A DNA stretch of 64,000 nucleotides from Octopus sinensis (taxonomy: Eukaryota): positions 21,824,001 to 21,888,000 of the forward strand of contig NC_043004.1 in NCBI RefSeq assembly GCF_006345805.1, read 5' to 3'. Shown here one piece after another: positions 40,520 to 54,548 of this stretch. Each line of letters begins with the position of its first letter. Within the stretch, counting starts at the first letter, position 1. Below the pieces are notes generated by a model. The model did no database searches. It was not told the origin of the DNA and saw only the letters and a program-made list of their open reading frames with translations. The translations under genes and the position numbers were made by a program.

Positions 40520-41649
40520 GCGCGAGATACCTTTAATTATCATTTATACGTATTGGTATCAAGGAGAGTTAAACAATGAACACAACGTCAATGTACCAAA
40601 CAAAATAAAGTTAAATACCAGTTCTAAATAGGAATTGTGTTGTGAGAGTAAATACTTGAATTTTAGCAGACAAGATGGAACTACTAGACATGCATCGTTT
40701 TTTTTTATACTTATTCAAAAACAGTTTCTTTTACCTATCCATTGACTTTTGCAATCATAAGTTTACTATTCAATGTAAACAGTTTTCAATTGAACATTCA
40801 CTTGTACATTACCAGTTCACAATTTATTTTCTCCAGTGAGAAGAGTATTCAAGTTAACCCAATTAGGACTTGAACTGAGAGCAGTGTTCAGTAATAAATT
40901 ACATGAAGGCATTTAATCTGTTTTCTACTCTAACTTATAACTTTCTTTCAACGTATAGACAACTTTTCACAATATATCTTTAAATTTACACTTGAAAAAC
41001 TAGCGACTACAGATGTGTCATTCAAATATTTTCTAATAGCGTTAGCAGCATTTTGAATGTGCATTTTAAGTTGATTAGATGTTTGATCATATAACAGCTT
41101 CGGAAGTGCCTATATTTCCACACCATTATATTCATTTATTCTAATACATTCTTTAGGCGAAATCAATCTCCAATTTGCTAATACTATACTAAATGTCAGT
41201 ATTATAAGAATAAGCTAAAGGCTAATCTTAGAACGATTAAGCTATTTACTTCAAATCAGCACAGTACTGAGAAAGCAATATTTACTTAGACTAGATTTAA
41301 ATTCGAACAAATGAGGCGTAACTTTGGACATTTAGTGTAGTTAAGTCTTTTTTTTTCTTTTAGTGTTTCGTACTGTTTAAGACGCGAACTAATGACGTAT
41401 GTCGCGATACGACACAGTGGCATATATTCCCATCAATTTCTCCTCATTCAGATTTTGGCACGTTGTCAGAAATTTAAGGGGATGAGAGCGAATCAGATGT
41501 ATCGTTCCAGTATTCAGGTCGTGATTGTTTTATAGATTCGAAAGTCTGAAAGGCAAAGTTAACCACGGCGGCAGCTTTTCACAAACGTAACTTTTATTCT
41601 AATATTGTAATTTGCGTTATTAGATATATCTTATATACATATATACATA

Positions 41650-42060
41650 TAGGTGCAGGTGTGGCTGTATGGTGAGAAGTTTACTTCCCAACCATATAAT
41701 TCTGAGTTCAGTCCCACTGGGTGACAACTTGGACAAGTGTCTTCTATTATACTACCACCCAGACGACCAGACTTATGAGTGAATTTAGTAAACAGAAGCC
41801 GAAAGAAACTCGCCGTATCCTTATGCGTATATATATATGTATATACCGATTTTTGAGTGTTTGCATGTTAGTGCATGTCACGGTTGTGGTTGATGGATGT
41901 CTGCATCAGTTATCGGTTTTGCATATGAGACCAATAACATAAGTACTAGGCTTTCAAAATAATTGTAAGTACTGGGATCAGTTTGTTTGATTGAAACCCT
42001 TCAAAGTGGTGCCCCGGCATGGATCCAGTACGTTGAATGAAAATTGGAAAAAATGAAAGA
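41650..42060 (+). mobile_element. SINE family A, diverged, full length (a family-C-like relic lies at 41455-41590 on -)
   Basis: GGTGCAGGTGTGGCTGTATGGTGAG...GAGTTCAGTCCCACTG...CAAGTGTCTTCTA...AAGTACTAGGCTT. Confidence 0.8.
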
Positions 42061-42633
42061 TATGCAAATATTTTGACGTCAGAATATTTTAACTCTTGGT
42101 ACTTCTCTTGGATTTGAACCTTGATAAGCCCTAATCGAAGAGATATATGATCGAAGGGGTTCCAGTTGTAACTTGCTCATCTCTTTTCTTTAGCTCTATG
42201 TGTCCTTTATGTAATACAGAAGACAGTCACTTCAGGTAGATTAGTCTGTATTTCTCGCAAGACAAATGATTTTATTTAGATTTTCACCTCACCTCAAGAT
42301 TTTAATCTATTGCTAAAGTAACACTCACTCATTTTTCAAACCGTATTACGTACTTCAGCTAGAAATAAAACCAATTACGTCATGAGAGCATTTCTCCCTA
42401 CATGGTAACCTCTTTAGCAGACACGCTAAACGTCACAAGATATCAATAACTGTGTGGTAGGATCCAAAATATCAACAGCCTGGTATGTCAATTCATAACC
42501 AGATGAAGCACTTTCAATTAACGTTTCACCCCCTTCAGTCATTTATGAACATCACTCATCTTGCTTGATCCTATATATGTGACTAGGTAATGCTTAAATA
42601 CATGAAAATAGGTAGAGAATCTTTTTTTTTTTT

Positions 42634-42830
42634 TTACTAATTGTTTCAGTCATTAATAAGTTTCTACGCTGGGGTAGGGGTCCTTGAGGAGTTTTAATCC
42701 AATCAACCCACAGTTCTAATTTACTTCTTAAGCTTGGTACTTATCCTATTGTTCTGTTTTGCCGAACAGCTACGTTACAAGGAAGTTAACACACTAACGC
42801 CGTTTGTCACACACACACACACACACACAC

Positions 42831-42864
<34 letters not shown>

Positions 42865-42930
42865 CATATATATTTATCCGACGGGCTTCCTTCAGTTTCC
42901 GTCTGCCAAATCCGCTCACAATGTTTTGAT
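42634..42930 (-). mobile_element. SINE family A, partial
   Basis: TTGTTTCAGTCATT...TTTTGCCGAACAGCTACGTTAC...GGGCTTCCTTCAGTTTCCGTCTGCCAAATCC. Confidence 0.75.
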
Positions 42931-43029
42931 GATCACTTTAAAGTGACGTAAGTAGGCTGGTATGGAGGCTTTTAAGTCGGTCACATATGCATTGTTAATC
43001 TATAATTCGGGGTGTTTAAGAGAAAAGCA

Positions 43030-43140
43030 ACAATCATTAGACTTTCCGAGTGAATTTCCAAGCCTGACCAAATCACAGTGGTGGTTAATATCAAACCATC
43101 TGATACTTGGTCTACTCCTAGGTCTCCAACAGGAACATAT
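43030..43140 (-). mobile_element. RTE-type LINE 3'-end relic
   Basis: Minus translation RPRSRPSIRWFD....LVRLG resembles the RTE C-terminal 'RPRGRPRTRW.D....WSRLG'. Confidence 0.4.
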
Positions 43141-44570
43141 GTATATATATATATATAACCTCACATATGTTTAGATACGTTGTCCGAGCATTGACACCGC
43201 ATTATATTTGAATTGTAAATTACAAACGGTGTAAACTCATAATACACTGGGTGTGTATGTGTGTGTGTGTAATTATCTATATATCCATACGCCTATGTAC
43301 CCTTTGCAATCTACTTTTCCCTCTCTCCCTATCATTCGCCCACTCACTTTCTCTGTATATCTCTCTTTCTCTCTTTCACACACACACGCAAACACAGACA
43401 CACACACATATGAAAAACCACGCACACATACACACATGTGTTTGTAAATATATATACTTCGACAACCATACGGAGAATTATTCCAGGTAGTGCTGATAAT
43501 TTTCGAATTATGACATTAACAACATACAATTCTCTCTGACAGGAATAAAGGTTCTAATGTGGATGGAGAAACTAGAATTGTGTTTTTGCTTAATAATAGA
43601 ACTCCTGTAATGCCTACATTGCATTCATGTCCCACGAGTAACCATTAAAGTTTTCAATCTAAAGTGATTTTTTAAACCCTATATTTACATAACCTTATGT
43701 ACTGCGTGAAAAAATTCCGAAAATATTTGAATGTTTCTAAAATTTTAGGACGCCAACCGTGTATATATATTTATATATATATGTGTGTGTGTGTTGCTGT
43801 GCGTGTGTGGGTTTATTAATCATTTACCAGAAAGCTGATTATAACTCCCGTCTATTTTTCCTTAATCAAACTCTGCTACATTGTGTTCTTTTTCACTTTA
43901 TTTAATCACTGAATAATTGAGATTTCTTCGTTTTTTTTTCTGCGGAGAGGATTTGGAGCAATGTAAACTGATAATTCGTGCTTCGGGTAGTATGTAGATA
44001 TAATTGTGTCGGAAGAGAAGGTGCTGAAGATTCGAGGAATACACATGTTGTGGGATGCAAGTTGAGCTTCTGTTATGATGGGGAAATTTGTTTGGTTTCA
44101 TGTTGGAACTTTGTACTGTTTAGGGCAGATTCAAGCGTGGTAGTTACTTGTAAGCAAGTGTATCCATTTCAGATGTTTCAAGTTCAGATGTGACAAATAA
44201 AGATCACGCCATTACTTTTAATAGATGTTTGATTATTTTTGTGTTTTAGTGTTCACAAAAGGATGTCTGAAGCTAAATGAGTTGATCACACTGAATGCGA
44301 CAGATGATATTAATGTTAGATATCTGTTATGAAATGTTGAGCTGCCTACTGTCGGAAGCTTAGACGTAAAGATACTATGTTATTATATGCGTCACTGAGA
44401 GCTTTCTGGTCTGCTTGGTTATTTGTCTTTATATTATATTGCCGTATGCAAATGCTTCATAGAAGTTCGGAATCTCTGTCAACGCTTACTGTGTAACCGT
44501 TAATGCATTTGACCTTTACTAAAAGGTATTGCAGTTTAAATTTAAATCGGTTAAATAACTTTATACACAC

Positions 44571-44877
44571 ATTGCCTTCTACATGGCTGACAAGAGTTTT
44601 TCCATAAATATTGTCCTAATATTATATCATTTGTATATCACACTGTGATTTTCCTTATCCACATTCACGCACACATACACATACACAAAACTTACACACA
44701 CAGCACATTCACACACTACACACACACGGATGTGTATGTTTGTATTATGTAGGTATGTGTGTGTATGAGTGAATATGTGTGTGAAAGGATGTATAAGGAA
44801 AATCACAGTGTGATATACAAATGATATATTAGGACATTATTTATGGAAGAACACTTTTCAGCCATGTACAAGGGAAT
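44571..44877. repeat. Foldback with ~95-bp unique arms around a CA-rich/TG-rich core
   Basis: The left arm CCTTCTACATGGCTGACAAGAGTTTTTCCATAAATATTGTCCTAATA...ATCATTTGTATATCACACTGTGATTTTCCTTAT matches the reverse complement of 44775-44873. The core switches from CA-rich to TG-rich at about 44728. Confidence 0.92.
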
Positions 44878-45333
44878 CAACCTATTTTGTATGCTTTATG
44901 TTGACAATAATTTTCTAAAGTCCTAGCACATGCAGTACGGATCCCGGGTGTGTTAATATTATGAAGAATATGACTGAAGTGATAAAGAATTTCAACATAC
45001 GACGTAAACATAAAACTGTAGAGAGACAGATGTATTACTATTCAAGCAAATGATATATGTTGTTCTCCTTCGAACATTAGAACTTGCCGAATGAGTGGTT
45101 CAAATAAACAAAATAGAGGCGGATCGAAAAAACGAATATTGGAAATCACTCGGCATCATCTGTAGGGTACGAGGAATTTGAATCAATGAGAGTCGGAACT
45201 AAAAACGATGAGAGCATGGAGAGAAAAAGTGCATGTGACAATAGATAACAGATAAGAAAAATTCAATGAGTTAGATTGAAAGAGAGAGAGAGAGTGAAAA
45301 TGTTGGCTAGAAGAAACAGGTCGTTTCACTATA

Positions 45334-46586
45334 CAGTATTGTGAAAAAGTCTTCGGCACTTTAAACTCTTACAAATTACAAATTGCCAACTTATAAGTTG
45401 ATGTTTCGCATTGCGTTATTTACAGATGAAACACTGGCCCTGTTGGAGTCATTTCCATATCAAATCCTTATATTTTGTCGTAGGGGTTCTGAATGAGTGG
45501 AGAAGATGCGAGACGACCACCAAAAATGACCATGCAAAAGTGTTCGGCCACCTCACATAATCCAATCACGTTTCAGTGTTTTAAGACAGAGAAATGCCTA
45601 TAATGAAAATGTATTACATAATGTTCATTTCAAGAAGTTACAATACATTGTTAATATTTAGCTTGAATAATTGCTTCAAAGCGCCTGGGAAGGGATGCGT
45701 ACAAATCCTTCACCATCTTCACAGGTATGCGATTCCATTCACTGTGACTGAGCTCCCATAACTCTTCAAGATTGCATGGATTCCTTTGACGAACACATCT
45801 TTAGTTTTATACAAATTTGCTTGATGATATTTAAGTCAGGGTTCAATACGGTGTCACCTTCATCAGCCAGACTCTGTTGTTTTGCACCTGATATGTGACA
45901 TAGAGCTTGCTCACGCTGAAAAATCTCATCTTCTCCTACTAGATGTATTTGGAACTATTCAAGTTACCGTGATGGTTCAAGAAAGTTGGTTAAAATTGAG
46001 GGTTACTTGAATAGTGCCAAATACATCCAGTTGTTGAAGGACAATTTAATATCAGACTTAATTCACATACACATACACTCACACACGCTCATACACACAC
46101 ACATATTTATAAATATATACATACATACACATATATATATATATATATACAGTGCACTGTCTCGGGAGGGTAACATAAAAAAAGGTAGCCATCTGATGAG
46201 AGATAAGTATTATCTAATAAACACAATATTTGTTTTTATGTCCTACTATTTGTTTCATGTGCTGAGAACATGCCAGACAGTGATTATAAAAGTCTGATGT
46301 CCAAGCACAATCATCAGACACTGACCACATGGAATAACAAATTAAAAATTGGACACGAGAAAAAAGATGAAAAGGTGAGAATGAAACAGATCTTGTGCAC
46401 GCCTATTTTGATTGTCGTCTAGCATCTTCCCTTCTCATTCAGAACCCCTTCTGAAAATTATAATGATTAGATATGAAAATGACTCCAACAGGGCCAGTGT
46501 TTCATCTGTAAAAAACGCAATGCGAAACAAATATTAATAGAAATTTACAATAGTTTAAAGTGACCGAAGACTTTTGCAAGGTACTG
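45334..46586 (-). mobile_element. Tc1-family element with long (~220 bp) terminal inverted repeats, rearranged
   Basis: TA-CAGTATTGTGAAAAAGTCTTCGGCACTTT at 45332 matches the reverse complement of 46555-46588. Similarity continues ~220 bp inward (e.g. TTTCGCATTGCGTT..TACAGATGAAACACTGGCCCTGTTGGAGTCATT). Minus-strand relic: EDEIFQREQALCH...VRQRNPCNLEELWELSHSEWNRIPVKMVKDLYASLPRRFEAIIQAK. Confidence 0.9.
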
Positions 46587-46956
46587 TATTAAGAATGGTA
46601 AAAAGAAGCTAGGTAATTAGTAACGATGTGTTGTTGGAAATGTAGTGAAAATCGAAAGGGGAACATGCAAAATATGAATGTAGCACGTCATGTAGGTAAT
46701 TTTTTTCCCTTCTTTGGACTTTTCCCATTTCCTTTTTTCTTCCTAGTGTAGAGCTATGCTCGATACTTGAAAGACACATTGTTTTTACTGTAGATCAAAC
46801 TCATACATTCCATGTACACGTCCTCTTGTTACTTGTTATTGTTATTAATATTCATTTATTTGATTTGACTATATACGTACATAAATATATATATATATAA
46901 TATATATACAATCAAATATATATATATAATATACATACAATCAAATATATATATAT

Positions 46957-47097
46957 ATGTGTATGATGGTTTCTTTCTGTTTCTGCCTGTCAAATCCACA
47001 CGAGAAGACAACCGTCCGAGGTGTCATGCAATGGGACTAGACTCTGAACCATATAGTGGGGGAGCATGCTTCTTACCACAGAACCACACCTGCGCCT
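46957..47097 (-). mobile_element. SINE family A, 5' part with internal deletion
   Basis: CTTCTTACCACAGAACCACACCTGCGCC head. The segment between CCGAGG and CCAAGG of the 20539 copy is missing. Confidence 0.7.
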
Positions 47098-48466
47098 TTC
47101 AGCCATGTTCCGCTGAGAAAGAGGTTGAGGAAACAATTGAAGTATCATGCAATAAAACCTGTTTGTTCAATCCATTCTCTTTTGCTTACATTTTTATGCG
47201 CATACATGCACACATACATAGGTAAGAAAATACACACATACATGCATAGACGTATACAGAAACACATACTTACACATGGACGCACATATGCATGCATGTA
47301 AGTAGATACATATATATACATATGTATTGACAGGTATTTATATTCATACATATAGACATAATAATATAAATATAAACATAGATACACACACACATATACA
47401 CATATGCATGTATACATTATATCTCTCCTTAGTTACTTCCGTCTCACAAACACACACTCACATACAATCACGTTCTCGTTCTCTCTCATTATCTCCCTTA
47501 CCCTTAAACCTCTTATACCAATAGATTTTGCTCTCTTAATCTTCCCCCACTCCTACGTCGCCCTGTCATTAGCTGATGTCATTTTTTCCCCTTGCTTCTG
47601 CGATCTTAACTCTTAATATTTACAACTAACTTAATGCACTCTATGTTTGCGCACGCATTTCTTCCACTTACTGTATGTTTAAGCACTCATCTTACGCCCA
47701 GTATTTACACACCTCTTACGTTTTTTGTATTTTAACATACGGACACTCATTCACACAACATTCATATACTCCGTATATTATCACACACATATTATCACAC
47801 GCAATATATGTTAACACAAACACATACCGTACACTCTGTATGTATTAAGACGCACATATCTTAAACCTCCTGTCTCAACTCCGACACACAAACACAGACA
47901 TGCACATACACACACACATGCACATACACACACACACCGTTAACATTGTTTGTGTTAACACCCTGACATTCTATATAATCTGTGTTAACTCACACACAGA
48001 CTGTAGTCAGTATGTTCTCAAACAAAATACACGCGAGCAAACCTTACACTTTCTTTTTATCAACACACACACATCGTACACCCTACTGTGCTACATACAC
48101 ACGTACACACTTTTAAAGCTGTCTGCATATTTGCAATCGCGCATCTGACGATCGAAGTTAAATCCCACAAACACAAACACACACATGCACACACTCACTC
48201 ATTCACACACGTCCGCGAACACAAAGACGCGCAATAGATCAATACACTTTATGTTAAGACACACACATCTGACGCTCTCCCCATGTTAGGACAAGGAGTC
48301 ACACTTTCAGTTTTTCTGTGTTAACAGAGTCACTTATGTTAACACATACTCGCAATTTACACGCCTTACACACCATACAACATCACTATGACAACACACA
48401 TCATTTCTCTTTACTTTTACACATGAAATAGACATTCGTTCATTTTTGTACTCGCTGCCTCTCTCC

Positions 48467-48504
<38 letters not shown>

Positions 48505-49414
48505 AAAATTCACACACATAAGCGCGCCAACACACACACACAAGTACATGCACGTAAACACACTTGTCCCCCCACACACACACACGCACAAATGCATATG
48601 TATATTTTTGGGGTTTCACCAACACTCAATCACGGATCTTTCGTGATGTTCGTCTAGTCACACAGCTCATCCCAATTTGTCACCCTCGTGTCAACTCACG
48701 CACCGAGCAACTAATGCGAGCAAAGTGGTGATGTCTTCATCGGCAGTTTGTAGGTATAAACAGTAGAAAATTGGAAGAAATTGTGGCAGATGTGTCGATT
48801 ACACGTGCGAACAATTTTCGTTTCCTTTCATTTTTTTTTAAATGTAAAATATAAAAAATTTCTTCGGTTACGCATTTGTCCCCCCCCCAAAAAAAAACAA
48901 AACTATTAATTTTTTACAGATTTTATATATATCCGCCAACACATACATTTTTCTTTAAAATTTTTCAAAGTTTCTATGAATTCAACTTCAAAAATAAGGC
49001 TATTAGGATTATGGGGCAAGGGGGAATACAATTTCAAACATCTTATTTTCTTCTATATGGCTTGAATGTGGATGCTCGGCATACTTGAAATAGCAGCCAA
49101 CGCCATAATTGTTTTTTCTTAAATTGTTACTATTTATACTGTCCTCTAGCCACCGACAGCCATACCTAATGAATGTCGAACGTATCAACACATTTGTTTT
49201 CATTCCTCCGACCAACATACAACTGATAAATAAATTTTCGCCCGACCCATTTACTAATGAGAAAACGAAAGATTTTTACAATCACGTGGTGTCCCTTAGG
49301 GGACAATTTTTATATGGGAAATAGTTTGCATTCATAAAATTCGGCTTTCTTCGCCACGATGTTGTGAAAGTTTTTAATGTTTCAAATCGTATCTGAAAAC
49401 CAAATTCACATACC

Positions 49415-49700
49415 AAATTCACATGTAGTGAGAAGCTTACTTCCTTACCACATAATTATGGATTCAGTCCCACTACATGGCACCGTGGGCATATGTGTCT
49501 CTGTATGTTTGCCCCAACACCGCTTGACAACCGGTGATTTTATGCTTACATCCTTGTAACATAGCGGTCCAGCAAAAGGACTCCAACAGAGTAAGTACTA
49601 AACTTCAAAAATATGTGTCCTGGGGTCGATTTGTTAGAGTAAAACCCTTTAAGGAGTGCCCCAGTATGACCGCAGCTAGATGACTGAAACAAGTAAAACA
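49415..49700 (+). mobile_element. SINE family A, internally deleted
   Basis: TTCAGTCCCACTACATGGCACC...CGCTTGACAACC...TCCTGGGGTCGATTTG...GATGACTGAAACAAGTAAAA. Confidence 0.8.
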
Positions 49701-51655
49701 TTAGGTTTCTTAATAGATGCGTTACACAAATTCTTAAAGAATCGTAATTGGTTTCTACTCCCAACTAAAATGGTTTCTTATCATGAAATATATTTTCTCT
49801 CATCCGCAATATAATACAGCAATATTTTTCATTGGGAAAGGAGGGAACTTCGACAGTATTCCGGTGATAGAAAAAGAAATGTAGAAATCTGTATATTAAA
49901 AAATTAACGCTATTCGAATTTTTTACAAACTATTTGTCTAACACACTGAGAACGAGATATTCAAGAAATCGAATTGAACGTGACCAGACAAATTTTGCAA
50001 CAAACTAGCCGATTCATATTTGCTGAACTCACTTTTAATTGGCGTCATTTCATTCATCTGCTGCTGTTGGCATAAAATTGGCGTTTTATCTTTTGCCCTG
50101 ATTTCCTAAATGCCGTTTTTTTTTTATTATAATTCAGTTTTTGTAAATTATAAAATTTACATTTGTTTACAAATTGTAACGCTCTTCGAAAACGTTCAGT
50201 TTTTTTATTTTAATATTGAATACCATTTTTTTTCTCAATTTCAAATATTCTTATGCTATAAAGCGAACTGGCCACAAAAAATGACGGGTAAATGAGTGAT
50301 AGTATTCCTAATATTGTACAAGACCAGCATTTTGCTGCTAATAATATTTATTAGTGTATATATATTTGATGTATATTCGTGTATATTCAATACTCTATAT
50401 ATTTATGACTACTTCTACCCGCGCACATATATATTTTATAATAAATTTTGTGGAATTAATGTTAAATTTAAAAAAAAAAAAACAGAATTTCATGTTGACG
50501 AATATCAGCAATTTTCAACTGGAGAATGTTCGAATGTCATATACTTCCAAAATTTATCTGTGAAGTACTACAATTAGACACAAAATACTAATACATAATT
50601 ACACAGCTAATTATTAGGGCGCTTGATTTTGTTAAATCAGTTTTCAAAATTAGTAAGTCACAAAAAAGGCAAACACACTCCAGATGCATAGAAAGCTAGT
50701 AAGCTACAGCTATTCTCTATGGATTAACAAACAATGCAGCCTAAATATTGAACACAACAGAAGTAAAAGACTTAATTAAAATTAGCGATGTAGTTTTGAT
50801 TATATTTGCCATTTCAATTTGAGCTTTCCTTTTCCATATTATAGATCCACATAGAGATGATGTTTCTATCCTTTAAAATGTTAATCCTCCAAAAGCTGAT
50901 AGACTTAATATTTTTTTCTTGAATCATTTTCGTAAAATAAATAATTAAGGAAATGCATATCATACTATTACTGACAAATGTATAACTAACAATGCAACCA
51001 AGTCTTTTTTTAATACCTGTAGCGCAGAGGCAATTAAAACTTGGAAAATATATGACAAATTATAGTCACCAATACTATTATCAGCAATTTAATCAAAAAT
51101 TTTTCAGTGACATTATTTCACCTCTCTGGCTATAAAGAACACACACGTGCGCGCACACGCACACGCATACACACACACACATACACACACACACAAACAC
51201 ACAAAGGAAAGCTCACACAAACGCGTTCACATTAACACATACATACATTTATTTTTTAACATATGCAAGATACACGACTGGGATTCTTTATAGCATACAT
51301 ACATACATACATACATGCATAATATATATATGTATATGTATACGCACATTTATATATGTATGTATATATATATACGTATATATGTATATATACACACACG
51401 CACACACATACACATACACACAGACACACACACACATATATATGTATATTATAAAAGATCGTGGGTAAGGTCAAAACAATGCGAAGTAAATGCAAGGTAA
51501 ATCAAGAAAACGAATATGTGATTTAATGTACACTTACCTTGAATTCAATATTTCGGTGTTATGACCCCATTTTCAAGAAATGTTGCCAATGTGCGTGTTT
51601 GTCAGCACTTAAATGCTGTGCTCCACCATAGCAGCAGACAAATCACTGAAACAAA

Positions 51656-51707
<52 letters not shown>

Positions 51708-51799
51708 ATAAATACTAATAACTTGGACATTACAACCCTTTGTCTAATCTTTCCTCTGACAGTATTAGCTCCTCCATTCCAGAAAATAATCCCCAAAAT

Positions 51800-53580
51800 A
51801 CAGACCCTTGTAACTGCCATGATGGGTGCATCTGCCCTCTACAAACCCATTTCTAAATGCACCGACCTCAACACATTACACAATTCTAGAGCTATAAACA
51901 GGGTCAACTATAAATTTTAAGCAGCGATGTGCCGCTCATATCGATACGTTTAGATACGAGAAACGAAGTAAATCCACAACACTCGCCAGTCACATACATC
52001 ACCACAAAAATAGACATATTCTCTACGTTTTGTCATGGTCCATAATAGATTCAGGGCTTTGGTACCAAGGTCAACGCTTAGCCTGTACATTATGCTTAAA
52101 AGGGTTCATCCCAAATATTAAAACACAACACCTCGACACTACTAAATAAATATAATGAGGCCCTAAGTACATGCAACCACCGCTTATTTCATACCTTAAA
52201 ATTTTACCACAGATCTAAATGCAGCCGAAATAACCACACAACATATCCACAACACCCCTTAGTTAATCCCCAACAACCCTACCTAACTTTCCTTCGTCTC
52301 TATTTTAATGTTTAATCTCTAATTCTTTCACTCCCCTATCTAACTTTAAGGATCTCAATCATTTAATACTACATATATGGACATTCAAGCTGATATATAT
52401 GTGTGTGTGTATGTATATTTATGTATGTATGTAGATATATGTATGCATACATATATCTGTGTGTATGCATATGTACGTACATATGTATATATATATATAT
52501 ATGAGTGAGTGTGTGTATCTGTACATATATATACACGTGTGTACCTGTATGCGCGCGTGCGTGTAACTTTGTGTAAGCGACTGTGCGCCTGCGCGAATGT
52601 ATTTGCGTGTGCATGTATGCGTGTATGTATGTATGCATATGCACACATGTATATGTACGTATGTGCGCGCGTACGCAGGCCATTATATCTTTTTTCTTCC
52701 TCTCCGATTCTTACCTATCACACTAAACTTTCATATACGTATATTTGTAGTAATTTGACACCCTTGTAATCTCTACACTTTAAATTTTACTACTAAAACT
52801 ACTTCTCAATTTAGTATCACTTCATCCATAACTTTTCTTTACACATCCCTTAATGTAGCTCTATCATATTACCCCTAATCACATATCTTACACTTATTCC
52901 CTCTTTACCATATCCTCTGTTCCTAGCCCCCCTCCTCTTCCATCCTCCCCTGACATTATCTTGACCACCGACTAACATTCCTTTTCTCACTTCTTCCACC
53001 TTTTCATCATTTTTTTTCACACTTTTCACATAGTTCTCTCTTTTTTTCTCTCTTTATTCCTCTCATTTTCTCTTCTTCTTTGATTTTGACCTATCTCCTC
53101 ATTCTAATCATACACATCTCTCCGCTTCCCCATCTATCCACAAACACTACTAATACATTCTCAAATTTTCATTCACCCCACAAAACTCCTTCGAATGGGC
53201 AACACAGATCCTCAGTTGCATACTTTGAAATGACTAAACATGAGCTACTATTGGAACTTACATACCATGTACAGGAATATTTTTTTACCACTTCTATACA
53301 CCACTTTACTCGAATAATGGAACTGCAACGACAATATCTTTATATATTTTGTATTTTATTTCAACCTTCATTCTCTTATTTCATTCTCTATATTCCCTAT
53401 TTCCTCCTTTTCCATAATAATTCCTTTTTCGAACTTAAATATTTACCTCTATTTAACTATCTCACATCGCCTCTGGTGAAGGGATATCCATAATATCCCA
53501 GAAACAGCTGCAAGACTACATCTATATCTTTTTCCTTGTAACTGTCCTGAAAACTCCTCACAGCCTTGGATTTGTTATCT
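51800..53580 (+). mobile_element. Penelope-like element relic (second family): GIY-YIG domain plus long pyrimidine-rich 3' region ending in a hammerhead-like motif
   Basis: PCNCHDGCICPL.../(Y)TGSTINFKQRCAAHIDTFRYEKRSKSTTLASHIH...LSWSIIDS...CTLCLK at ~51800-52100. Interrupted by microsatellite 52370-52680. Hammerhead-like motif at 53469-53516. The 3' boundary is approximate. Confidence 0.7.
53469..53516 (+). ncRNA. Degenerate hammerhead ribozyme motif
   Basis: CT-CTGGTGA-A-GGGATAT(ccata)ATATCCC-A-GAAAC-AGCT-GCA-AG: 7-bp stem II and a palindromic AGCT loop. Two core substitutions (CUGGUGA; GCA instead of GUA). Confidence 0.5.
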
Positions 53581-53598
53581 CATGTTATATAATATATA

Positions 53599-53662
<64 letters not shown>

Positions 53663-53689
53663 ATATAGTGAGAGAGAGATAGGTTGGTA

Positions 53690-53880
<191 letters not shown>

Positions 53881-54373
53881 CGATGAGTTTGTTAGTACGC
53901 CCGGCAAAATGTATAGCATTTCGTACAAGTTTAGCTGAGGTCGGCTTTGCTTTTGCTTCTTTAGAATCTATAAAATAAGCAGTAGTTGAGCAACTCTTTG
54001 TTGCCGACCTTGTTCCAAAATTTGAAAGAAAATTTTACATATCTGTAATAAATACAAGCAGTTAGTCCACACGTTGACTTCTTGACTAAAGCCCAAATTC
54101 AACGCAACTGAAAATGCAAGGATATTATAATAGCCTAAATACATATTGTCGCTTAGATACGCACACACACACGCATACACACAAATACGGAAATGTATGT
54201 GCGTGTGTGTTTGTGGTGCATATGTATGATATTTTCTGTCACCTGAATTACAATTCTGATGAAGGTAACTTTCTCTTACAGCTATTAGGGGTTGCTAAAC
54301 GAATATTCCACCGAAGTATTTGAGATGATTTTCATTTCTCTCTTTCTCACAATAACAACACTTAAAACTGTCA

Positions 54374-54461
<88 letters not shown>

Positions 54462-54496
54462 CAACCATCCATCCATTCATCCATCCATCCCCCTAC

Positions 54497-54548
<52 letters not shown>

